Shown: one piece after another, positions 35,470 through 47,043 of the stretch | How positions within the stretch are numbered: the first letter of the stretch is position 1 | Layout of the letters: each line of letters begins with the position of its first letter | NCBI GenBank assembly: GCA_011109175.1 | Contig: RDEW01000089.1 | Coordinates: 27,405-91,404 of the forward strand | Direction: 5' to 3' | DNA: 64,000 bases | DNA from: Dicyema japonicum | Taxonomy: Eukaryota; Animalia; Dicyemida | Notes under the pieces: model-generated | The model's database searches: none | What the model was told of the DNA's origin: nothing | Seen by the model: the letters and a program-made list of their open reading frames with translations, nothing else | Made by a program: the position numbers and the translations under genes

Positions 35470-38400
35470 TAGACGACTACAATAAGTTTACAATTCACTT
35501 GAGTCTCTCCAATCCATTAGATTTCTTTATGATGAGGGCAGCAATCCACCAAGAACAAGTGTTTTGAAGATCTCTGTGAAATTCTGTAAAATTTGTTCAA
35601 ATGTACGATTGAGGACTTCATTCTCTTTCTAGAAATTAATGCACAGGGACCAATTTAAGCAGCAATTTCTGCTTGATTAATACCCCCCTTCAACGATTTC
35701 CTAACTTTGCTAATCTGGTTACACAATTCTGTCTCTTTAACCTAAAGTCAATATCCCCGAGACCCTGGCACTTAAATTCTTCTCGAGATTCTATTCAAGT
35801 CAGAACCTCCATTTTCTGATCCATTTGAGTGATTTTTCGTTTTTCAGTCAGATGACATCCAATTGGGCCTTTTTAACCATAATTTTTTTTGAAAATGATT
35901 CCAATTTAGTTTTATCGATTTCCAACTACAAAAGTCTCCAAATAAACTACATTTATCCTATCTTTCATGAAGACTTTATTCTCCTCGGAGGGTTCACGTA
36001 AAACATCATTAAGTTGCTCAATCTAGCTAACAAAGGCTGCAGTCAACTGTAGCAATATGGAGTCGCGATCTCAGAAGTGAGAAACTCAATCCTGTATGTC
36101 ACAGCTTGGTCATCCCTCCTGGCAGATTCCACAAGTTGAGTCTATTAGAGAAAATATAAAAACTTTTGTGTAAGGAAACTCACCTCGCAGAAGAGTCAAG
36201 TCAGAGTTCATTTTTTTCTGAACATCCTGGACTTTAATAAACATAAAAACTTGTATTTAAAATTTTTTGCATAACAAATCCGTAATTGGTAGAAACATAT
36301 ATTGAAATCTGTTTCAGTCTCTGTGAGCTTGTTCTTTAACTGATCACTTTTTTCCTGCATTTCTTTAAATTTAGTCCGAACTGTTTTTATAGACTTGCTC
36401 AGAGCATTCTTGAGTCATAAAGACCACCCGACCAAACTTGGTGTCCTTCAAATCATCCAGACAAAAAACCATCAAAAATTACACGATCACAATCCAACGA
36501 GTTGGCAACTATGCGAACAACCCAGGCAACTTTGGCGGCTTATTTCGTTTAAAATTTGAGTTACCATTTGATCAGATTTGACGATGAAGTAAGAGACTAA
36601 TAATAACCCGAAATCAAACCTTGATCCAGCACTGATTTTCTGAGAAAATCAATATTATCGATAACAGTTCCGTAGAAGTTCTTCGATCCAATCTGCCACC
36701 ACTTTAGTATGTCACGTGCGCTACCTGCAATATCGATTTTTTTTGCTCGAAATTAAACGAGTAGTATTAAGACACTCACAAGTCGAACCATTTTAAAGAA
36801 ACCAGTTTTACTCAAAAAAACATGAAACTAAAATTATATATAGATTTATGTTATGCTTTAAAAAATATAAAATTGAATTTATTTTTTAAATTCTTAAATT
36901 ATCTTACTATTAATAATACTGATAAGCATTCTAAATAATTAAAAAATTAATTTCAACAATAAAACTCTTCATTTTTCAATATTTTAAACTATTAAAAATT
37001 CCAGGTTATACGATTGTATTCATTTAAGTTTCAATTAAGACAAAAAATTCAAAAAAAAATATTTTATTTATAAGAAAAGGTAAGTCACTTCTTTTTAAGC
37101 TTTTTAACGCGACTCATGTGGAAGATCTCGCTATGTCCCTCATTTGATTGAAGTGTCATTCGCTTGTTAGACAATATATCTACGACTTTCACTTTTTCAC
37201 TGTAGGCAAATTCAAATTTCCCTAACTTTAGCGAGGGATTTATCCCATGGTTTTTTTTACGCAATCCTATATAGTTAATTTAGTTTGTTAAGAGCTCTTT
37301 CGCGTGGCCCTAAAAGGGGTTCGCTTGAGCCATGTTTTGCAGCCATCCTCCTCCTCCACGCCCACGCCATCTTGTTCCTGGCCCTCATTCGAACATCATC
37401 CAGATCGTCCGCTGTCACCAATTTACGACTATTTTGTTCGTAGTCATCTTTTAAGCAGGTTAGAAGTGTGTTTCTTGGTTTTTTTGGTTGAAGTGGTGAC
37501 GTGCTTCTGTTTTTCTTCTCTAGAAAAATTCATGTCTTTATCATGTCTAATCGCAAACCTATATTGTCAATGTAATTAACTAACCTCATCTCCTTTCTCG
37601 AATGAGTATTTTGAGCAATGAACACCCACGAAACGGATTGTCACATAATTTATATATAAGGCCATATAACCTGTTGAACTATGATAACTAAGATTATAAA
37701 ATTGGACAGCTTTTTTAATCTGTTTTTTCCAACATTTATTTGGATCATCAAACAACATCTTCGACAAAGTTCGAGTGATTGTCTGATTGAATCTTTCATT
37801 TTGAATAAATATCACTTTTTTTCTTTAAGCTTTTTGTAACAGCATATTTTGAATAAACTCTTCAAAATTGGGGCAGGTCAGAAGTTTTCGTACAGACAAT
37901 ATCATAAGAATTCGTGGAAGTGCTCTGAATGAAATATAAATATCCGTCAAAATACAAAATATATATTAGACATTTTGATAACAGCCTTTCAACTCTATTT
38001 GATGAATCCACTAATATATTAATGAAGAAAATGTAAGACAATACAAAAATAATATGGACTAAGCATTAGCACAAACGAAGCACCACAACAACGTGGGACA
38101 AGCGTGACATAACAATTCAAATTAGAATTAATAGTTTATATTAATTTTATACATTAAAATTAATATTTTATATTACTAAAAATTAGAATTTTAATCCAAA
38201 AGAACAATTTTCATAGATTCAAAAAAATTCAAAAATTCAAAAAATCGATATTGCAGGTAGCGCATAGTTGCAAGTAGCGCTCGCGACATAGTACACTGTC
38301 GATTCCATCTAAAACGATCTAAATTAGTAAAAAGACAACTTTTGCATAAATGTTACTCATTAATTGTTGGTTCACCTCCAATTCTTCTATTTGATCTATC

Positions 38401-39760
38401 CCCTGTTGGATCACATACTCTCGTCTCCCTAAACTACCCTGTTCTGTATAGAGATCAATCCCTTTTCGTTTCAATTCCATAAGTTTTGATTTTCCACATT
38501 CTATCAACTCATTTGGACATTATTCTCCCTTCGGACTACTAATTTTTAATTCATACTCTTCTAGTTTAGAGGAGTTCAACAGAATTTCCAAATCTAAACC
38601 CAATACCTACTTCAATTTATCCTCCTCAATTTTTATGAGTTGATACAACTCCCGGTCAATCCAGAAATCACGTTCTTCAACAATGGCAAACTTTTTGGCT
38701 CTCCCTTTCTGCTAATTACAATTCCATTTTAGTCCGTGAACGAGTCCTCTCGAAATTCTCCATCATGATAATGTCCCTTTCCTCCCTCAAAAGGATATCT
38801 TTACATCTTTAAGGAAATCTGAGATTAAGAGTAAATTACAATAACAGTTTCCATAGCTTGTAATCTAATTTGCAGTTTCTGATAAACAGCAACCAGTTCT
38901 CTGCGATTCTGATTTAAATTTTCATCTTTTCTATCATTCTCGTTGATATCTCCCGCGAAAATAGCGTATTCCAGGGATCTCCGTAGTCTGTCACATTTAT
39001 AAAATTCACTCAAGTCTTCTTTATCACTCTCCAGCAGAGTTACTCCACGTTGAACCTCATCTAAGAGTTCATTCACTTTTTTGCTCTTCCACTAAAATAG
39101 AAACAAAGGATACATGCTTCATTCACTAAAGACTCACTCTCCGTCCGATTATCGTCGAAAACCTTACTCCCACTAACTCCCATTAAGATCTTCATCTCTG
39201 GGAATCAAGAGAGGTGTCAATTTCGATCTAGTCATATTACTCTCTGCCTTTCTCTTTTTGACAATGTAGTAACGATTACATCAAAAAAAGCCCTTGTTTT
39301 CAAAAAGGTTGATAGTCTCACTTATCTAGGAGAATTAAGTACGAAATGTGTTTCTTGTCAGGAAAAAACTGGTCCTGTTTAGAAGAGATTACCCTTTGGA
39401 TAACCTTGTTTTTCTCAATCTAAAAAATTAATAGTGATAACTGCTGTCAGGATCTCCTCTACATAGGCAGAAAGCTGTCTGTCTCTGCTGCCCTTGTGGA
39501 TCATATTAAGCCGTTCCCTCGATTTGGGGGAACCAAACTCTTCGCTGAGCAGGAACTGAAATACTGAAAATATGAGAATTCGATCAATTCATGAAAAATG
39601 TTCTTACCAGAGCCTTTCTCCAACAATAATGCTTTTGTGTAGACTAAAGGAATCGATGGTCACCAACTCCCTGTAGCTCTTAATAGCTGACAATATGTTT
39701 TGTAGCGCTGACGTAAACTTTAATAGCCTTTTATGCTTATCTTGACTGCCGATCAAAATA
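35470..39760 (-). pseudogene. SMC3: SMC3 (cohesin subunit) decayed, intron-containing copy lacking the C-terminal ATPase half
   Basis: Sequential SMC3 motifs: KSYRELVTIDSFS..IIVG..GSGK; QFLLSEEF..ERLNMIHKG..SAYVE; ENKGF..NRYYIVK; DSQR..VSGSKVFDD; LESDKEDLSEFYKCDRLRRSLEYAI; hinge FYGTVIDN..AGSR|LSYFIVKSDQ; TFEQILQNFTEIFKTLVLGG. Contains stops, frameshifts, deletions and a TE insertion. Confidence 0.88.
36710..38288 (-). mobile_element. Ginger-like TIR transposon, copy 2 (inverted relative to copy 1), inserted in the SMC3 pseudogene
   Basis: TGT...ACA TIRs (the left one lacks a repeat unit) and a perfect 5-bp TSD TAGTA. Integrase-core remnant ERFNQTITRTL..W..AVQFYN..HSSTGY at 37576-37815. Same RTE insertion at 37271-37552. 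Confidence 0.85.
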
Positions 39761-40299
39761 AAATATGATAATTTGAATGATTGTCCGTTTTTCGGTTAAG
39801 TTTATTTTTTTCAATTATTATTTCAGAAATTTTCATCCTTTGAGGAGAACTCCGACACGGAATAAACTGTAGTTGTTATTCCGAAATCTGTGTGATATAT
39901 TTGTTTTCCAATTGGGCACGATGAACGACCAAATTGTCACATTCTACTTCATCACCACTTGTCTAGTACAAGTTGGAGTCCAGTATTAGTAAACTTATGG
40001 AGGACATCAGATGTGCGATGGCTTATTGAGATAACTGGGATCAGCCAACTGTTTGGCTATATTTTGTCTTTCTTTACCCAAGGTGACACAGTCATAGAAT
40101 TAAACCCATTTTTACATTTAAATCACTCCAATAATAGATACTCATAAAATTGTGATCAGTCAATTAGGAAATCTCAACTTTTTTTTCTAATAAAAGGAAT
40201 TGCTGATGTGTGGTTTGTGGGACATAAAAGTGTACTGTTGTGCATAATGCTATTCCCGCATCCCAAGAGTTCATCCCCTTCATCCAAGAGTTTCATCCC

Positions 40300-40450
40300 C
40301 CTTCATTCCGAAAGTCGCCTGACTGCATCGAACAATGAAGTTCTCCTCGCAATGCGTAATTTTTGCCCTAGTGGCAGTGGTGGGCTCGACGGAATGAGAC
40401 CTGGTCATCTGAAAGATCAAACCTCTATATCAGCGCTTCTCGATTCGTTT
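40300..40450 (+). mobile_element. CRE-clade RT N-terminal fragment
   Basis: EVLLAMRNF..GSGGLDGMRPGHLKD. Confidence 0.65.
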
Positions 40451-40459
40451 TGAATTTGC

Positions 40460-42000
40460 ACCCCCAAAAATTTTAAAAACCAACCTCGCACACCACAAAT
40501 TTTAAATTCTAAGAAAATTCGAATTTTATTCAAAAAATTAGTCAGGTTCCTTGAAACTTTTCCTGTCTTTTAGTTTTAACTAATTCTTCGAAGCGTGGTT
40601 TTTTGTTTGCTAATGCAATTCTGAGATCGTTTTCAGGGATTAGAGCGTTTCGGTACTTATTTTTTAACGATGAAAATAAAAGGCTGCAAACCCCGACCTG
40701 TTCCCCAGCATAACTGAAGCACCTCCGTGCAAATTGACCCGATAATTTCCAATGGAATATCGTGTTCACTTTAAAAAAGTCTCGATTATTTGAAAAACAT
40801 TTTTGCAGAGGCTTCTGTTTCGAGAGGTTTACAAAAAAAGAAACTCTTCGGCAATTAAATTTTCTTGTACATAACGAACAAAGTAAATTAGTTGACTGCA
40901 ATAATCAACATCGGTAGATATCATTGAAATCTTGATGCAAGAATTCTTTATGTCCGAAACAACTTGTTAAAGAATATCATCGCTGATACAATTAATTACC
41001 CCGCATACAACTATTAGAGGAATCTGCTGCAGTTTTCGAGAGGCGTCTGGATACAGAACTGTTTTCAACTTCCAATGCAAACGGCTTAATAAGAGTCTCC
41101 GCAATAGTATGGTGTCTTTGATTTCGCAACTTTATATGCAAATTTGAATGATGCCAAAAGTAACGGTTTGTCAATGGAGGAAAACCCAAGCTTCGGAAGC
41201 GTTCCTTGGATATCTTATCGTGCATTTAGACTTCAAAGATTCAAAATCAATTCCTGAACGTTTTGCACCCCGTGGATAGATTTAAAATGTCCGTTCAGCT
41301 TCGATGGTTTCAAATTTGAATTGGATAAATATACATCACAAAACATGCACCGAGGTCTATTGATTCTATCATAATTATCTCCGTAAAGCCATATTCAACA
41401 TAGTCTACTTTCCATTTTCGAATTTTAACACACGTTGACACACGTTTGGTTGAGGTGGTGACGTCCCTCTTGAAAAGTATGTCTGAAAAACACGAAAATT
41501 GAAACCTAAATGACTTCTCTCCTTTTAACGTTCAATGTTCAAAGGACTCTCTAGTGCATGGAAAAGAAAAGAACTTTGTGAAGACTTTTCAAAATACAAG
41601 ATATCAATCGATGTCTCCAAGAGACAAAAATATCGAAGGAGTTTGAAATCTTATGCAAGAGAACAGGAACTGAGACAATATCATGTGAGATTACTGATTC
41701 AAGATAAAGGCTCTTTGGACACATACTCCGCCACGATATGGGGACCCTTGCCAACATAGCAATGGAGGAGTATTTTGTCTTAGAAGCTTTCTCGTTTCCG
41801 CGGCAGGCCGAGGACAACACTGCCGGTTATTCTAGATGAAGATCTCAGGATTCGCTACGGAACATGGCAACGGATCGAAAAAGATGGAGGACGTTAATTA
41901 GATTGTTAACTTTTCGTGTTGAACATGCTTTTCATGATCTTGGCATCGCGTACGTGCCTATAATAACACACGTTGACATAGATAAACCACGAGTTTTACT
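40460..42000 (-). mobile_element. hAT Buster-type transposase remnant, interrupted by an RTE derivative
   Basis: RPRCMFC..LSNSNLKPSKL; HTIAETLIKP; KNKYRNAL..DLRIAL..PRFEELV. Confidence 0.8.
41441..41963 (+). mobile_element. Short internally deleted RTE derivative with TSD
   Basis: 15-bp TSD TAACACACGTTGACA (41426-41440/41964-41978). Starts TTTGGTTGAGGTGGTGACGT; APE start fused to LFGHILR..RGRPRTTLP 3' end; TAA tail. Confidence 0.85.
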
Positions 42001-42108
42001 TTTTTTAATTCAAATTTTTATAACATTTAATAATAAATTATAAGAAAATATAAATGTATTTACAAATAGAATAAATAAATTAATAATTCTATCTATAATT
42101 GAAGCATG

Positions 42109-42453
42109 ATGAATTCGCGTGGATCACCACGTGGCGCCATGTGGTGCTAAATGAATAATTGGTTGAAGTTTTCTGTTTTTATCTGTTCTTCCTCTTTTTT
42201 CTTCCTACTAGAATGTCATCATGTGATCCACCTATCTCAGGTGGTGCCCAGTGCCAGGCTAATACGAAAAATAATAATTTGCTCTCCCCTACTCCACTGG
42301 AGGGGTTTCCATAACTCAAGTAATGGATGTCTCTACCTTTGTGCTGGTTCCGGTGGACTCTGTTTCTGTAGCTGTGGAAGCTGCATACACTTAATTGGTT
42401 GTTTACTTTTAACTTATTTTTTGTGTATACGGGGTTAATAAATTAAAAAAATA
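42109..42453 (+). mobile_element. Non-autonomous retroelement (SINE-like), copy 2, full length
   Basis: 14-bp TSD ATAATTGAAGCATG (42095-42108/42454-42467) and an A-rich tail. Confidence 0.88.
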
Positions 42454-42599
42454 ATAATTGAAGCATGTTGCCTGTTCTGCCTCGAACCTTAGAGCAGACT
42501 AATCAATTCCCAATTCAAACAGGCGCTAAAACGGAAAGGGAATAACATAAAACAAAAAGATAATGTTATATGACATCTTTATCAAACCAATCCTCCAAT

Positions 42600-43165
42600 A
42601 CAACTCTGGGACCTGAAGCACCTCAAAAGAGAATTGGAGAGGCTAGACTCGATTCACAGGAATCATCTAAAAAACATAACTGAAATGTCCTAGCCATCCA
42701 CGATCTCCTGAAAGGAATGTAGAATATGTGTGACTGTACACCTCTAAGTCTCGAGTTCATAAGCTTTCGTGGCAGACTCTTTGGACCCGTCTCGGATTTG
42801 CAGTCCACAACCTGATTCACTGTGTTACAAAAAGTGTGGGCAGCATCTGATCGTGTCGCTGTGGTGCAAATCAAATGCTGAAATAAAATCAACTCAGCAA
42901 GACATGCAAATTTCGAGGTCATATTGGACTTGAAGCTAGCAGCGATCACAAACTTGACCTTCGAAGATCTCTAATGCAAATCCGGGGTGCACCATTGCCA
43001 GGATGGAAACAAAAAATATTATTTTTACCCCTGTTCAACTGAACCATTTCTAGTAGTTCCCACAACTGTGGTTTTCGGATAGTTTTGAGAAAGTTTTTTC
43101 TCTCTGTGACTGCTATCACGGCTGGACATTCAATTAGTTTCTAACTGTTTGCTTTTCGGTGTATG
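42600..43165 (+). mobile_element. Decayed I-group LINE 3' end (RNase H remnant, CCHC finger, 3' UTR)
   Basis: RGHIGLE motif. The 3' segment is similar to the SINE-like tail (TTTCGGTGTATGCAAGGCTAATAAATT). Confidence 0.5.
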
Positions 43166-44510
43166 CAAGGCTAATAAATTGAAAAAATCCAGCCAACATT
43201 TGTATACGTAGCCGTGTCGTGGTCAATTATTGTTGCCTGCTCTTTCTCACACAAGCTATCAGCATTCCGTGAAGTCTCCAATAGAGTAATTTAGATCGAT
43301 TTTAGTACCCGTCTAGTGTTGAGGGAGAATTATGTCTACGTTAGGTCAGTTGACATAGACAGACTGTGCATGATTAGGTCATTGTCAGATCGCAGTCTAC
43401 GTAATGTAGTCCACATGACTGACAAGCTAATGATGCATATGCTGATAAAAATTGAGTTTGAGGCAACACAACCTGATGGGAAAATGGTACTCTTGAAGAG
43501 TCAAGACAAGGCCACTTAAGTACCATAGTCAAGTATCTAACCTCTTAATATTGCATTTACCTAAAGAGTCATATTATAACGGAGATGGTCAACTACTAAG
43601 TGAGACTAATTAAAAGACCTGCTTCAATGAGTTTTACGTCTACTCCGTGATTCTCTTGAAAACTCACATGGATGTGAATGCGTCCTCAGTGGGAATCAAG
43701 AGCTTCGATTGCTATACACCATAAGCCAAATATTGTACTTTATGATTAGTTTTCGGGGACATAACTATCATAGAAGTGGGCACTAATAATCAAGAGTGTT
43801 TTTAAACAGTTGAGATATGCTTTTCTCGTAAGAGTGCATGAATGCTGGTGACTAATTGGACTGTTTAAGAAATTCTATTAATATAAGGTTGTGATAACCT
43901 GTCCAACAATCGGTATAATAGAAAATGAAACATAAGATTAAAGTCAAGTAAAAAGTGGTCAAAACTTTATTTCCTATTACGTCCAACTCCGATTGGGGAA
44001 TTGGATAAACTCTTCAATTCTCACATTAATTTTAGTTAATAAAGTTTTTTTGCGGGCCGCGAACAGTTGTTAATTATTGATTTGGACTGCAGACCAAAAA
44101 GGTTGAGAACCACTGCTCTAAACAGTAAAGCTTATTCTAGAATCAGTAATCTATCTTCACTCCAGAATTGTTTAGATTCTTTATATCTTGAGATAGGCGA
44201 GATTCAAGGTCAAGTATTGGTGCATAATTTTTCTTGGTTTAAAAACATTATGTATCAGTGTCCTCTGAGTATTTTATTTCAGTCATGCGCATGAGAAGAA
44301 GGGAGACGGCTAACTACTTCGAGAAGATGAGGAATTTAGTACAAGAGCTACATTATGACGTTAACGATTAGATCAATAAATAGCTAAGATCTTAAAAGAG
44401 GATTTTGAGAATGTGAGACGTTGTTCATCGTCCAGATTACAAATAAAGTCAAAATTTATTATTTTATCATAATAGAGTTTTTTAGTAAAGAATTAAATAT
44501 TTTTATCAAT

Positions 44511-44750
44511 TTTGGCTGAGATGGTGACGTCTCTCAATTGTACGTATGTCTTAAGCACACCCTGGAGAATTTGGTAATATCAAAAACCAGACCTATACAC
44601 GGTTCGTAAATCGAAGCACGTGGGTAAATTTATTACTAAGACCCAATGGGGATTGTTTGGGCACATATTGCGGAAGAACCATGTCTTTCCTGCTTACGAT
44701 ATTATGGAATCATTCTTCCTCTGCTAGGTGACTTTTAGAAGGATGTTTAT
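44511..44750 (+). mobile_element. Miniature RTE derivative
   Basis: Starts TTTGGCTGAGATGGTGACGT and contains WGLFGHILR. Confidence 0.6.
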
Positions 44751-45109
44751 ATATTTTATTATTTTATTTTGTCGCGTGGAATGGATTTTAAAAAAATTTA
44801 AAAATTTATTTTTTTAAAATAAAATTAGTATTTTTTAAAAATATATAATAAATTGATATCATTATCTCATTATTACTATGGCTCTCGTGAAAAGGCTTTA
44901 TTATTATCTCATTATTATGTAAAATAATGTTTTATTATAAAAATGTGAAGTTCGGTCCGGCAAATGGCGTGTCTGTCAACTATCGAAAATAACGGCTCAG
45001 ATTAACTCTAAACCGGTTAGTGTTAATTTTCGGTCATACGTTAAACGGTTTTAACGGTTTAATCGATTTTGCGCCTCATTCTCAGCCTAACCTCATTAGA
45101 AGCGGCCAC

Positions 45110-46720
45110 ATTTATTAACAATAACGGGGAAAGGCGGCTGCTGACATTACGGAGTAAGCGTTTCCGCGGACAGCTGCAATCCCAATTTGTTGCTTCAGCC
45201 AGACCGCTTCCCGCACGTCTTTCTTACGATTGGCCAATTTCTTTTCGATTTTCTTCAGGAGAGAGGCTATGATACTTCCAGCAGCACCAGACGTTTCGAT
45301 TGCCACCGGTACAAGACGAAAACGATCTTTAATTTCAGCAGACTGCACCGAGCAGATCACCGATTTCGAGAAGGAATCCACAACGATGCAGTCTCATACA
45401 AGCGATTTTTCTTCAGTAAACGGAAAGATTGTTAACCCATCCGGTCTTTTCCCGTCTCCGCGGTCCAACCCCACGGGTTCCAGCATTGCCGTGAAGCCTG
45501 CAGCTTCAAGAGCACGCATGACAATATTGTTCATAGCAGCGTGGCGGGGTGCTCTTCCCGCATTCCTTTTGCACGAAAGCGGATGCAGCCATTTTTCATC
45601 GACGATCCCTCCACAACGACATTGGTGTTCGCGCATAGATCAACTTCCAGGCGCTGTGCGATCCCAATTCGAGTACAGTCCTCGTCCACAAAGGTCCCCA
45701 GAGTGTAACAAGAGAGTGCATCCAGCCATGCTCCGCTCCCATGGTTGGCAGTGGACACGAAGCATGCAAGACGATGCTGGTTGGCCTCAGACTTTGGCAC
45801 GTCGAAGATATTTTTGGAGTAAATCTCATCCTATTCTCGTTGCCTCGAAGGATCGTTCGCCGTATCCAAACCAGTTTCACATCATTCGCGAAGAGCTTCG
45901 TCGAAGACTTTTTTCCAAGAATGTCCGGTTGGAAAACGTAGGATATCTTGGACCAAATGGCTTCCGCTTGAGAGCGATGACAGATACGCTGGAAAGGCAA
46001 TCTCTTAGCGCCGACCTGAGACTCGTACCTCCAATGCGTGTAGGAATCTTGCATTGATTCCTAATCGGCAAGTAAAAGTCGATGTTTAGAAGCAATTCAG
46101 CTGATTTTCTTAATGTCCTATCCAGTGACAGGAGGATGTCACGAAGTTTGAAGCAGGGAGAAGATCGGAGAGCGCATAGGAGTTTGGGCAAGTCGATGCT
46201 ATTCTTAAAGAGGAAGAACGTTGTATGAGCATCGAGTAAGGATAGTTTCTCCGTAACTCTAGAGAGTTCATTCTCTTTTGTCAGCAGATGGCTCCGCAGT
46301 TTCTTTTCGTCAAGTGGACAACAAGAAAGTATGTCCGCTCTTTGGGTACGACAGTAATTCCAGGTAATACCGAATTGAAAAACTCGACCACGTTGATTAA
46401 AATCACTCTCCGAGTATGTGATATTTATTAGCTCCGATTTCTTTAAATTTATCTCAAATCGGAGGTTTCGTAGTGCCGGCACAGCATGTGACAGAACGTC
46501 ATGAACTTTTCTCCACGGCCCTCAATCGTAGCGTCATCAAGATACCAGAGATTTAGTTCTGTGTTGATAGAGTGGACAATTTTATCGATGGCCAGAGGGA
46601 AGAGAGGTGGACCAAGTGGGTCCCCTTGTTGGACACTAATCTCCAAACAGATAATCTTGTCCCGAAAACCAGTGAAGAATTGGTTGCCGCACCGCACTTC
46701 GCCTTCGGTCGTTTTGGCAC
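45110..46720 (-). mobile_element. CRE-clade non-LTR retrotransposon (RT, zinc finger, RLE), 5'-truncated
   Basis: VQQGDPLGPPLF..WYLDD; SGAWLDAL; CRCG..HPLSC..RH; DGKRPDG; PVAIETSG; IAAVRGNA. Confidence 0.92.
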
Positions 46721-46747
46721 AGCCTTTAAATTACCCAGTCATTGTTT

Positions 46748-47043
46748 ATTTATTTATTAACCCCGGATACACCGAGAAAGAAGTAAAGTAAACAACTAAT
46801 TAAATGTATCCTGTTTCCACTTCTACAGAAACAGTCCACACGGAATCAACATAAAGGGTAAAAGACGTCCATACTTGCAGTTGTGGAAACCCCTCCAGTG
46901 GAGTGAGGGAGAGCAAATGATTTTTTCACCTAGACAGGTGGATCACATGACGCCACTTTAATAGGAGAGGAGAGAGGAACAGACAAGCAAACAGAAAACT
47001 TCAACCAATTAGCCACGCAGCACCACATGGAGCCACGTGGCGT
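46748..47043 (-). mobile_element. Non-autonomous retroelement (SINE-like), copy 3
   Basis: Reverse-complement homolog of 11724-12048 with a small internal deletion. Confidence 0.85.

Noticed and set aside
29307-39760. Alternative genetic code explaining in-frame stops in host genes
   Set aside because: Stops are accompanied by frameshifts and deletions, and differ between paralogs (TAG vs TAC, TAA vs GAA). Genes terminate normally at TAA/TGA, so decay explains them.
45230-46057. 275-aa plus-strand ORF
   Set aside because: Antisense shadow of the CRE retrotransposon coding strand, with no recognisable motifs.
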